This document shows, one piece after another, positions 1 through 9,762 of a stretch of DNA of 64,000 nucleotides. Positions within the stretch are counted from its first letter, which is position 1; each line of letters begins with the position of its first letter. The stretch is from an uncultured Gemmatimonadales bacterium. Its GTDB lineage: Bacteria; Gemmatimonadota; Gemmatimonadetes; Longimicrobiales; RSA9. The position numbers and the translations under genes are program-made. The notes below the pieces were generated by a model. It was not told the DNA's origin. It did no database searches and worked only from the letters and a program-made list of their open reading frames with translations. The stretch lies in contig CAWCRS010000005.1 in assembly GCA_963798085.1 (NCBI GenBank), positions 160,001-224,000 on the forward strand, read 5' to 3'.

Positions 1-798
1 GTGCTGCTGCTGCACGGGCTCGAGGGCTCGGCGCGGCGCGGCTACGCGCTCGAGACCTATCGCGCGCTCGCTGCGTACGGCGTGGGCGCGCTGGGTCTGA
101 ATTTTCGCTCCTGCAGCGGCGAACCCAACCGGCTCGCACGCTCCTATCATTCCGGCGACACGGGCGACCTGCGCTTCATCCTGGATGTGCTGACCGCGCG
201 TTATCCGCGTTCGCCGCTGGGCATCATCGGTTTCTCACTGGGCGGCAACGTGCTGCTCAAGTGGCTCGGGGAAGAAGGCGACGACGCCGCGTCACGGGTG
301 CGCGCGGCGGTGGCCGTGTCGGTGCCGTATGATCTGGCCGCGTGCGAGCGCGCGCTGGCGGGTTCGCGCATGGGCCGCTTCTACCTGCACCACTTCCTGG
401 AAACGCTCGTGCAGAAGACCGAAGCCAAGGCGGCGCTGATCCAGGGCCGTATCGATCTCGAGCGGGTGCGCCGTTCGCGCACCTTCCGCGAGTTCGACGA
501 TGCCGCCACGGCGCCGCTGCACGGCTTCGCCGGCGCCGACGATTACTACGCGCGCTCCAGCAGCGCGGGCTTCCTGGGGCGCATTCGTGTTCCCACTCTG
601 CTGATTCATGCGCGTGATGATCCGTTCCTGCCGGCGAGCGCGTTCCCGTGGGAGGTGGTGCGCAGCAACCCGTGCATCCAGTCGCTCATCACGCCGCACG
701 GCGGGCACGTCGGCTTCATTGCGGGCTCGCCCTGGGCACCGCGCTTCTGGCTGGAAGAGGAAGCAGCGCGTTACCTGGCGCGACAGCTCCTCGACTGA
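1..798 (+). CDS. YheT-like alpha/beta-fold hydrolase (5'-truncated by window edge)
   Basis: HGLEGS, GFSLGG nucleophile elbow, DDPF and GGHVGF motifs. Confidence 0.85.
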   Translation: MLLLHGLEGSARRGYALETYRALAAYGVGALGLNFRSCSGEPNRLARSYHSGDTGDLRFILDVLTARYPRSPLGIIGFSLGGNVLLKWLGEEGDDAASRVRAAVAVSVPYDLAACERALAGSRMGRFYLHHFLETLVQKTEAKAALIQGRIDLERVRRSRTFREFDDAATAPLHGFAGADDYYARSSSAGFLGRIRVPTLLIHARDDPFLPASAFPWEVVRSNPCIQSLITPHGGHVGFIAGSPWAPRFWLEEEAARYLARQLLD

Positions 799-816
799 GG
801 CGAGGCACGCCCTCGC

Positions 817-845
817 TTGACAGAAGCCCGCGCGCTCCTTAGAGT
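817..845 (+). promoter_or_regulatory. sigma70-type promoter of his leader/operon
   Basis: TTGACA (817-822), 17-nt spacer, TAGAGT (840-845). Confidence 0.7.
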
Positions 846-852
846 CGGGGCC

Positions 853-924
853 ATGAATCGCGTCGCGTTGCACCGCCATCACGCTCACCATCACGGCCGC
901 ACGGGCCGGGACGGGGGCGTGTAG
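853..924 (+). CDS. hisL: his operon leader peptide MNRVALHRHHAHHHGRTGRDGGV
   Basis: 23-codon ORF with 6 His in 8 consecutive codons, directly upstream of a terminator and hisG. Confidence 0.85.
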   Translation: MNRVALHRHHAHHHGRTGRDGGV

Positions 925-960
925 CGCGCATACGCACAGCAACCGCGCGCGACGTATCCC

Positions 961-995
961 AGCCGCGGCCCGTTCTCACGGGTCGCGGCTTTTTT
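961..995 (+). terminator. his attenuator terminator hairpin
   Basis: AGCCGCGGCCCG / CGGGTCGCGGCT 12-bp stem followed by a T run (990-995); 901-908 ACGGGCCG can pair alternatively with 966-973. Confidence 0.85.
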
Positions 996-1009
996 CATCG
1001 AGGAAGGAA

Positions 1010-1876
1010 ATGCTGCGACTGGCACTGCCCAACAAGGGCCGATTGGCCGATGATGCCCGAGCGCTGCTCGAGCGTGCCGGTCTCGATTTCGATGCGCGCG
1101 GCGAGCGCGCCCTGCAGGCCTCGCTGGGCGGTGAGTTCCTCGCCTGGCTGGTGCGGGCCCGCGACATCCCCGAATTCGTCGCGGATGGCGCGGCCGACCT
1201 CGGCATCACGGGACGCGACATCGTCGCGGAATGCGGGCGGCCGCTCGACGAGCTGCTCGATCTCGGCTTCGGCCGCTGCCGCCTCGCGGTGGCCGCGCGT
1301 GATGACGGCGCTGTTCGCAGCCTCGAGGACATTCCGCCCCGGCACGCGCGTCGCCACCAGCTTTCCTCGCCTGGCACTCGACTTCTTCCGCACGCGGGGC
1401 TGTGAAGTCGCCGTAGTGCCTGTTTCCGGCGCCGCGGAAATCGCGCCCCACCTTGGTGTCGCGGATGTGATCGTCGACCTCGTGTCGAGCGGTTCCACAC
1501 TCAAAGTCAATGGCCTGGCCGAGGTGGCGACGATCATGCAGTCGAGCGCGGTGCTCGTCGCGCGGCCTGGCGATCGATGTGCGCGCGCCCGCCTGCGGTC
1601 CGATCGGCGAGCTGCGCGCCGCGCTCGAGTCCGTGCTGTTCGCGCGCGACAAGCGCTACCTGATGGCCAACGTGCCACGGGCCGCGCTCGATAATGTGAA
1701 GCGAATCATTCCCGGTACTCTCGGGTCCGACGATCGTCGATGTGCTCGATGGCGGCCGCTTCGTGGCGGCGCACGCCGTGGTCGATCGCCGCGACGTCTA
1801 CCGCGTGATCGCGCAACTGCGCACCATTGGCGCAGTCGGCATCCTCGTGACCGCCATCGAGCGGCTGATGCCATGA
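1010..1876 (+). CDS. hisG: ATP phosphoribosyltransferase, long form (three apparent frameshifts near 1340, 1590, 1720)
   Basis: LALPNKGRL, RARDIPEFV, DLGITGRD, RVATSFP, DLVSSGSTLK and C-terminal GILVTAIERLMP spread over several frames; TGA overlaps hisD ATG. Confidence 0.9.
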
Positions 1877-4292
1877 GGCTCGCGGTTACCGGCCGTCTCG
1901 ATGCGCTCGACGCCGAAGCGCGTGACCGTCTGCTGCGGCGAGGCAGTGATCCCGACAGTCGCGTGGCGGCGGAGACGGCCGCGATCATCGCGCGCGTGCG
2001 CCGCTCTGGCGATGCGGCGCTGTTCGAGCTGGCGGCCCAGTTCGATCGCGTGCGACTCGCGTCGCTGGAAGTGCCGCGCTCGGCTTGCCTGCGTGCACGC
2101 GACGCGCTGCGCCCCGAGCTGCGCGTGGCGCTCGAGCAGGCCGCCGCCAACATTGAGGTCTGGCATCGCGCGCAGCTGCCGGCCCCGCTCTGTCTCGAGG
2201 CGGTCCCGGGGGTTCGCCTGACGCGGCGGGCGGATCCGTTATCGTGTGTCGGCGTCTATGCGCCGGGCGGCCGCGCCGCCTACCCGAGCAGCGTTCTGAT
2301 GGGCGTGGTGCCTGCGCGCGCGGCCGGCGTGGGAGAAGTAATCGTGTGTTCCCCGCCCGGCGCCGGCGGCGAGCCGCCCGCCATCACGCTCGCGGCGTGC
2401 GCTCTCGCCGGCGTCGACCGCGTGTTTGCGCTGGGCGGCGCCGGCGCGATTGCGGCACTCGCGCTGGGCACCGCGACCGTGCCGCGCGTGGACCGCATCG
2501 TCGGGCCGGGCAACGCGTTCGTCAGCGAAGCCAAGCGCCAGCTGCAGGGCGAGGTGGGCATCGACTCGCCCGCCGGGCCCTCGGAACTGCTTGTTATCGC
2601 CGACGACGCGGCCGATGCCGTGCGGCTTGCGGCCGAGCTGTTCGCACAGGCAGAACACGATGCTGCGGCGGCCGTCGTGCTGATTGCCACGAACGAGCCA
2701 CTGCTGCTCGCGGTTCAGGAGGAGCTGGAGCAGCTCCTGAATACGCAGAGCCGAGGCGACGTGGTGCGGTCCGCCTTCGCGGCGCGTGGTGCCCTGCTGT
2801 TCGCGCCCGACATGTCCGGCGCTCTGCGTTTCGCGCGCGACTACGCGCCCGAGCACCTGCGGCTCGCCGTGCGCGATGCGGCTGCGTGGCTGCCGCACGT
2901 GCGCAATGCGGGCACGATCTTCGTGGGCAGGAGCAGCTCGGTGGTTTTCGGCGATTATCTCACGGGCGCCAATCACGTACTGCCGACTGCGGGCGCCGCG
3001 CGCTTCTTCTCGGGCCTGAACATCCACGATTTTCTGCGCTGGACGACAGTGCAGGAAGTGTCGGAAGCGGCCGCTGCGGCGCTGGCCGGCCCGGCAGCGT
3101 CGCTGGCCGAGGCCGAGGGGCTTCCCGGACACGCACTCGCCGCCCGCCTGCACACCGCGCAGCCGGCTGGCACGCCCAGCACGGCACGCACGCCGGCACC
3201 CCTGCACAACCCGGTTCGACCAGTCGCGCGCCCGGCTTATCGTGAGATCAGCCTGTACGATCCGATGAGGGAGCCCTGTGCCGTCGACCTGAGCGACAAC
3301 ACCAGCCTGTTCGGTATCGCACCCGCCGTGCGCCGCGCGCTCACCGGTATCGGCGATGACAGCGTGACGCGCTATCCGTCTGTCTATGCGCGCCGGCTGT
3401 GCGACGCGGCGGCGCGACGCTGGGGCATTGACGCTTCGTGCATTACCACGGGATGCGGTTCGGACGATGTGATCGACGCCGCCGTACGCGCGTTCTGCGA
3501 GCCCGGTGATCGCGTCGTCTTTCCCTGGCCCACATTCGGTGTGGTACCGTTGTTCGCGCGCATGAACGGCACGCTGCCCATTCCCGTGCAGCGCACGGTC
3601 GACCTCGGTCTGGACACCCGCGGCCTGCTCGACGCCGGCGGCCGGCTGCTCTACCTCTGTCGCCCGGACAATCCGACCGGCGCGACGGTCGCGCGAACCG
3701 GGGTCGCAGACCTGGTTGCGGCGTTCCGTGGCATCGTGCTGATCGATGAAGCCTACGCCGATTTCGCGGACGACGACGTGCTCGACATTGCCGTCGCTTC
3801 CTCTAACGCCGTGGTAGTCCGTACCCTGTCCAAGGCGTACGGCATGGCGGGCCTGCGCGTCGGCTTCGCCATCGGTCCGGCCGCGCTGGTGCGCGAGATC
3901 GAGAAGGCGCGAGGGCCTTACAAGGTGAGCACGGTAGCCGAGCGCGCCGCGCTGGCCGCGCTCGCAGACACGAGTGGCTGGCGGGAGCGCTGCGTGAATC
4001 AGGTGCGCGACAACCGCGACCGCCTGGTCGCAGAGCTGCGGACCGGCGGCTACGACGCGCTGCCCTCACACGGCAACTTCGTGCTGGTGCGATTGCCGGA
4101 CGGATCCGCGAGCGCCGAGAGCGTGACGCGGCGCCTGCGGCCGCGGGCATCGGCGTGCGCGCGTTTGCCGCGCTTCCCGTGCTCGGCGAATGCGTGCGTG
4201 TCACCATCGGACCGTGGCCGCTGCTCGAGCTGTTCCTGGAAGCGTTCCCCGCCGTACTCGCGGCCGAAGCCGCAGATGGGGTGGTCGCGTGA
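1873..4292 (+). CDS. hisD: histidinol dehydrogenase fused in frame to histidinol-phosphate aminotransferase (HisD-HisC); apparent frameshift near 4140
   Basis: HisD motifs GVYAPGG, DSPAGPSE, QAEHD, APEHL, GDY..GANHVLPT, then HisC motifs GSDDVI, PDNPTG, IDEAY, RTLSKAYGMAGLRVG; C-terminus continues in another frame to a TGA overlapping the hisH GTG. Confidence 0.85.
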
Positions 4293-4891
4293 TCGACATC
4301 GCCATTGTCGACTATGGCGCCGGCAATCTGCACTCGCTGTCCAAGGCGCTGGGGCGGCAGGGTGATCGCGTGCGCGTCGAGGACGACGCCACGCGCGCCG
4401 TCGAGGCCGACGCCATCGTGCTTCCGGGTGTGGGCGCGTTTGGCGCAGCGGTCGCAGCGCTTGCGCCCGGTCGCGAAGCACTGCGCGCCGCACTCGCACA
4501 GGGGCGTCCCTGCCTCGGCATTTGCCTGGGCATGCAGCTGCTCTTCGAGGAGAGCGAGGAAGGCCAGGGTGCTGGCCTGGCCGTCATGCCCGGCGTGGTG
4601 CATCGTCTGCGGGCGAGTCGCGTGCCGCACATGGGCTGGAACGGGGTGCAGGCCGCCGATCCCGCCGACCCGCTCTTCGCTGCCTCGCCGCGCATGGTCG
4701 CCTATTACGCGAACAGCTACGTGGCCCGGCCGGTATCGACTAACTGCGTGATAGCATGGTCGGAATGTGAGGGCCAACGCTTTCCCGCGGCGGTGCGTCA
4801 GGACCGCACCTGGGGTGTGCAGTTCCACCCGGAGAAGAGCGGTGACGGCGGCCTGCGCCTGCTGGACGCTTTCCTGGAGCAGGCCCGATGA
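4289..4891 (+). CDS. hisH: imidazole glycerol phosphate synthase glutaminase subunit
   Basis: IVDYGAGNLHS, LPGVGAF, GICLGMQLL, VPHMGWN, GVQFHPEKSG. Confidence 0.95.
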   Translation: MIDIAIVDYGAGNLHSLSKALGRQGDRVRVEDDATRAVEADAIVLPGVGAFGAAVAALAPGREALRAALAQGRPCLGICLGMQLLFEESEEGQGAGLAVMPGVVHRLRASRVPHMGWNGVQAADPADPLFAASPRMVAYYANSYVARPVSTNCVIAWSECEGQRFPAAVRQDRTWGVQFHPEKSGDGGLRLLDAFLEQAR

Positions 4892-5601
4892 TCGCGTGGC
4901 CCGCGCTGGACCTGCGCGGCGGCCGCGCCGTTCAGCTGGTGGGCGGCGACCCGGCGCGCGAGCGTGTGGGTCTCAACGACCCGCTTGCGGTGGCGCACCA
5001 CTGGGCCAATGCGGGCTTCCGTGTACTGCACCTGGTGGATCTGGATGCGGCCCTGCGGCAGGGCAGCAACCGCAGTGTCATCGAGCCGCTGCTCGCCAGC
5101 ACCAGCGCGAGCGTGCAGGTGGGCGGCGGCGTGCGTACCGATGAGGATGTGAGCACGCTGCTGTCGGCCGGCGCTGCGCGCGTCATCGCCGGCACGCGCG
5201 CCCTGGAGGACCGGCGCTGGCTCTGCGCAGCGAGCCGGACCTGGCCGGGTCGCGTCGTGGTGGCGGCGGACACACTGGATGGTCACATCGTGACGCGTGG
5301 CTGGCGCACCCATACGCCTGTGCGCACCACTGACTTTCTCGCTTCCCTCGCCGATGTCGCGCTGGCTGGCGTGCTCGTGACCGATGTCGGACGGGAAGGC
5401 AGCCTGCGGGGGGTGGATGCCAAGCTCTTCGCCACGTTCGCGCAGAACACGCCCCATCCCATCCTTGCCGCGGGCGGTGTGGCCACCCTCGTGGACCTGC
5501 GCATCCTGGCGGATGCGGGCGTCGCCGGCACTGTGATCGGCATGGCGCTCTACACGGGCGGCGTGGATGCGCGCGCCGCGGCGCTGGAGTTCCCGGCATG
5601 A
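4888..5601 (+). CDS. hisA: ProFAR isomerase
   Basis: PALDLRGGRAVQL, LHLVDLDAA, QVGGGVR, TDVGREG. Confidence 0.93.
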   Translation: MIAWPALDLRGGRAVQLVGGDPARERVGLNDPLAVAHHWANAGFRVLHLVDLDAALRQGSNRSVIEPLLASTSASVQVGGGVRTDEDVSTLLSAGAARVIAGTRALEDRRWLCAASRTWPGRVVVAADTLDGHIVTRGWRTHTPVRTTDFLASLADVALAGVLVTDVGREGSLRGVDAKLFATFAQNTPHPILAAGGVATLVDLRILADAGVAGTVIGMALYTGGVDARAAALEFPA

Positions 5602-6152
5602 ACATGCTCGTGCGCGAAACAAAGGAGACCGCGGTCCGACTGGGGGTCGTCCTGAACCCCGGGCGCGACGACGGCAACCGGCTGCAGACCGGCATTGCGT
5701 TCCTCGATCACATGCTGGACACGCTTGCTCGCTATGCCGGCTGGCAGCTGGACGTGAGCGCGAGCGGCGACCTGCGCCACCACACCATCGAGGATGTCGC
5801 CATCACGCTCGGCCTCGCGCTGCGCGCGCAGCTGCCGTCAGCCTGCGCACGCTACGGCAGTGCCCTCGTGCCCATGGATGATGCGCTGGTGCAGGCGGCC
5901 ATTGATCTGGGCGGCCGTGCCTGGTACGACGGCCCCCTGCCCTCCCGACTCTATCAGCACTTCCTGCGCTCCTTCGCTGATAACGCAGCTGTTACTCTGC
6001 ACATCGTGGTACAGCGCGGTCGCGACCGCCATCACGTTGTCGAAGCCGCGTTCAAGGCGCTCGGCCTGGCCCTGCGCGCCGCGGTCCAGCCGGCGGACGG
6101 CGTTTTCAGCACCAAGGGCGGTGTTCGGCTGCGGCGGGACGACACGGCCTGA
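5598..6152 (+). CDS. hisB: imidazoleglycerol-phosphate dehydratase
   Basis: [38 protein letters not shown]. Confidence 0.95.
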   Translation: MNMLVRETKETAVRLGVVLNPGRDDGNRLQTGIAFLDHMLDTLARYAGWQLDVSASGDLRHHTIEDVAITLGLALRAQLPSACARYGSALVPMDDALVQAAIDLGGRAWYDGPLPSRLYQHFLRSFADNAAVTLHIVVQRGRDRHHVVEAAFKALGLALRAAVQPADGVFSTKGGVRLRRDDTA

Positions 6153-6948
6153 TGCTGCTGCGTCGCGTGATCGTCTGCCTCGACGTTGACCGTGGCCGGG
6201 TGGTCAAGGGAACGAGCTTTCGTGCGCTGCGCGACATGGGCGATCCTGTGGAACTGGCGCAGCGCTACGAGCAGGACGGCGCCGACGAAATCGTGTTTCT
6301 GGACATCACCGGCATCCGTCGAACGGCGAGGCACCCTGCTGGACGTAGTGCGGCGCACGGCCGAGCGCCTGTTCATCCCGCTCACCGTGGGCGGCGGCGT
6401 TCGCGAGGTCGCGGACGTCGAGCGCGTTCTGCGCGCCGGTGCGGACAAGGTGTGCGTCAACACCGCGGCCGTCGACCGCCCGCGCATTGCTGTCCGAGGC
6501 CGCCGCGCGTTTCGGCAGCCAGTGCATCGTGCTGAGCATCGACGCGCGGGCCGAGGCGGCTTCGTCTCCTGAACGCCGTGACCACAACGCGCCCGCCCGG
6601 TTTCGCGTGTGCACGCACGGCGGCCGCACGCCCACCGCGCTCGACGCCATTGCATGGGCTCGCCGCGGTGCGGAAATGGGCGCGGGCGAAGTGCTGGTGA
6701 CGAGCATCGATCAGGACGGCCGGCGCGACGGCTACGATCTCGCGCTGACGCGGCGCGTGGCCGCCGCCGTGAGCGTACCCGTGATTGCCAGTGGCGGCGC
6801 CGGCCACGCGCGCCACATGCGCGCCGCATTGCAGGAGGGCAACGCCGACGCCGTGCTCGCGGCCGGCATTTTTCACGACGGCACGACTACGGTGGCGGCG
6901 GTCAAGCGCGAGCTTTACGATGCCGGCGTTCCCGTCCGTCTTACCTGA
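6152..6948 (+). CDS. hisF: imidazole glycerol phosphate synthase cyclase subunit (two apparent frameshifts near 6315 and 6480)
   Basis: [51 protein letters not shown] across three ORF pieces. Confidence 0.92.
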
Positions 6949-6961
6949 ACCCGTGACCCGC

Positions 6962-7742
6962 ATGAACGCCGAACCGCTCGGCCTGCTGCTCGAATTCGCA
7001 GTCGACATTGCCTGGCGCGCCGCGCGCAGCACCCTGGCGCACTACCAGACGGGCGCGGCCGTGGAATGGAAACAGGACGCATCGCCCGTCACCATTGCCG
7101 ACCGCACGGCGGAGCACCTGCTGCGCGAGCGCATCGAGCAGCATTTCCCGCGGGATGGCATCATCGGCGAGGAGCTGGGCGTGGTGCGTGCGGACGCGCC
7201 CCGCCGCTGGATCCTCGACCCCATCGACGGCACGCGCACCTTCGTGCGCGGCGTCCCGCTCTTCGGCACGCTGGTCGCCTTGGAGCTGGACGAACAGCCT
7301 GTTATCGGCGTGATCTGCCTGCCCGCGCTGGACGAGATCGTGTTTGCCGCCACGGGTGAGGGCTGCTGGTGGAACGGCCGCCGGGCGAGGGCATTCGGGC
7401 ACGAGCGTACTGGGCGAAGCACTCGTGATGAGCAGTGACGAGCGATTGCTGGATCGCGCCGGCCACGGCGAGGCGTGGCGTCGCCTGACCGGGGAGGCGC
7501 AGATCTGCCGCACGTGGGGCGACTGCTACGGCTACGCACTGGTGGCGACCGGCCGCGCGGAGGCCATCGTGGATCCCGTCCTGGGCCACTGGGATGCGGC
7601 CCCCATGCTGCCCATCCTGCAGGAGGCCGGCGGCGTCGCCACCGACTTCCAGGGCCGCGTTTCCGCGCGCACGGGCAGCCTGATCGCCACTAACGGCCCG
7701 CTAGCCGCACCCATCCGCGACCTGCTCGGTGTGCCCGCATGA
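6962..7742 (+). CDS. hisN: histidinol-phosphate phosphatase, inositol monophosphatase family (apparent frameshift near 7390)
   Basis: SPVTIADR, IIGEE, WILDPIDGT, then WGDCYGYALVATGR and WDAAP in a second frame; position inside his operon. Confidence 0.85.
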
Positions 7743-8348
7743 TCCTCGATCACACGAGCCCGGCTCGATGCACTGCGCTTCGATGACGCGGGCCTGATCC
7801 CGGTGATCGCGCAGGACGCGCGCACCGGCGATGTGCTGATGCTCGGCTACGCCAACCGCGCTGCGCTGGAGCACACTTTGCGCGAGCGCCGCATGTGGTT
7901 CTGGTCACGCAGCCGGCAGACTCTCTGGCGCAAAGGCGAAAGCAGCGGCCACGAGCTGCGCCTCCATTCCCTGCACGCCGATTGCGATGCCGACACCGTG
8001 CTGGCACTGGTCGAGCCCGCCGGCCCCGCCTGCCACACGGGCGCGCGCACCTGCTTCGGCGCAGCACCTGCACTCTCCGCGCTCGCCGACATTATTGCCG
8101 AACGGCAACGGCACAACGAAGGTGGCGGCTACACCCGTCGCCTGCTGGCCGACGAGAATCTGCGCCTCAAGAAGCTCGGCGAGGAAACCGTCGAGCTGGT
8201 GGCCGCCTGCCTCGGCCAGGACCCAGGCCGCATTGCCGCCGAAGCCGCCGACCTCCTCTACCACACCCTCATAGCCTGCGCCGCCCGCAGCATCTCCGCG
8301 ACCGATATCCTCACCGAACTCATGCGCCGCCAGTCCACTACTCCCTGA
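7739..8348 (+). CDS. hisIE: bifunctional phosphoribosyl-AMP cyclohydrolase / phosphoribosyl-ATP pyrophosphatase (probable frameshift near 7760; start inferred from ATGA overlap)
   Basis: GLIPVIAQD, WSRSR, LWRKGESSG, DCDADT, ACHTG, KKLGEE, EAADLLYH. Confidence 0.9.
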
Positions 8349-8480
8349 TCCACGTTGAGATGCTCTGATTCTTGAATCCGGTGCTTACAGATCCGTCGAT
8401 TCGTACGTCCGTTGATTCGCATACCCGTTGAATCCGCTGGTTCGTAATCCGTTGAACCGTCAGGCCGTGATCCGTTGAAG
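8348..8480. repeat. cluster of short imperfect direct repeats, consensus ATCCGTTGA
   Basis: variants at about 8348, 8376, 8391, 8407, 8423, 8432, 8447 and 8470 in a lower-GC intergenic tract. Confidence 0.55.
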
Positions 8481-8578
8481 CCAACCCTCCCGGCCCCCGG
8501 AAAAGCCGCGGGCGCGGAGGCCAGCCCGACAGCCCCCGCGCCCGCAGCGCCCGTAGCGCTGTAACAGAATGTTATAGG

Positions 8579-9643
8579 CTAGTCTGCGTTGAGGTAGTGG
8601 AGCCGGTCCTTGAGAGGCACATTGAAGCCCTCGCGGGCGCGGGCCACAGCCGCGGCCAGTTCCGGGCGGAGGGCCAGCGCGTCGAGTGCCGCGCGGCGCT
8701 CGCTGCTGGGACCGAACAGCGCTTCCCATGGATGCATCACATACGCATAGCCCAGCACGTAGGCGGCATAGGTACGCACACCCAGCACGGCACTGCTGTC
8801 GGTCGACAGTTGCGCCATTACGCGCATCGATTCCGGCAGCGCCGCTGCCTGCCAGGCGTTCTGCATGAAGCGGTAGAACCCGGTGCGCGCGGTCACGGCC
8901 TCGTTCATGGCTGTCGCAATCGCCGCAACCTGGTCGGCGCGGCCCCGGCGCACGTAGATCTCGCGCAGGTGATCGAGACCCGCTTCCATCGTCGTGAAGC
9001 CGGTCGAGAGCGCATTGCTCGTCGGACCCAGTTCGACGAACTGGATGCCGGCAGAGACTGCGGCACGGGCATCGGCTTCTGCGCCCTCCAGGTCGCCCTG
9101 CGTGAGGCGCAGGTGAGCGCGCGCGATCAGTGCCCCCAGATCCTGCCGGGGCGCGCGCCAGAAGAGCCCGTAGCTGCTGGGACCATAGAGCTTCGCCGCA
9201 ATGTCGGCACCGCCCACGTGTGTGAAGTCCAGCGCGGTCATGCGTGCGGCACGGACGATGTCATCCAGACGCTCGCACGCCGCCGCCGAATGCCACGTCG
9301 ACTCCGACCTGTCCCACAACGGATTGTCGTAGTTCATGGGGAAGGAGCGGGCGCACGGTGAGGTGTACGCGGCCATCCCGCCGGGCCAGTACAACGCCAG
9401 CGCATTGCCAGCCTCGTGCTCGGCAAGGCCGAAGGCTTCGACATCGGCGAGATTGCCGGCGTGCAGCGCGCCGCTGCGCCAGGCTGTGCTGAATGCGTTG
9501 CGGCTCCAGGCGCTGTGCCGCTCATGGTCCATGCCGGTCGCCTCGCCGGCATAGAACACGACTGTCAGCACAGCCGCCGACAGCGCCACGATGACGAGGG
9601 CACCCAGGATGCGCAGAATGCTCACGTGCTTGGCTCTGGACAT
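8579..9643 (-). CDS. hypothetical protein with N-terminal membrane anchor, helical
   Basis: 354-aa ORF, GGAGG RBS, hydrophobic N-terminus; no family recognised. Confidence 0.7.
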   Translation of the reverse strand: MSRAKHVSILRILGALVIVALSAAVLTVVFYAGEATGMDHERHSAWSRNAFSTAWRSGALHAGNLADVEAFGLAEHEAGNALALYWPGGMAAYTSPCARSFPMNYDNPLWDRSESTWHSAAACERLDDIVRAARMTALDFTHVGGADIAAKLYGPSSYGLFWRAPRQDLGALIARAHLRLTQGDLEGAEADARAAVSAGIQFVELGPTSNALSTGFTTMEAGLDHLREIYVRRGRADQVAAIATAMNEAVTARTGFYRFMQNAWQAAALPESMRVMAQLSTDSSAVLGVRTYAAYVLGYAYVMHPWEALFGPSSERRAALDALALRPELAAAVARAREGFNVPLKDRLHYLNAD

Positions 9644-9762
9644 GCAGCCTCCTCCCCCGCGGGGGTACGTGTCGTCCCTGCTGGTCGATAGAGGCGCCGC
9701 GTCCCGGCAACGCCAGGGGCGGAGGCCACCGGCTGCTTCAGCCGGTGCGCTCCCGCGTGTGA

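Noticed and set aside
1510..4365. 951-aa ORF taken at face value
   Set aside because: The N-terminal ~120 aa are frameshifted hisG sequence and the C-terminus is out of frame; the real start is the ATG at 1873
8540..8578. attC-like half site (CTATAAC..GTTACAGCG on the minus strand) after the 8579-9643 gene; also GCCTAACAA near 53992
   Set aside because: No complementary L'/R' (GTTRRRY) arm, no integron integrase and no cassette array
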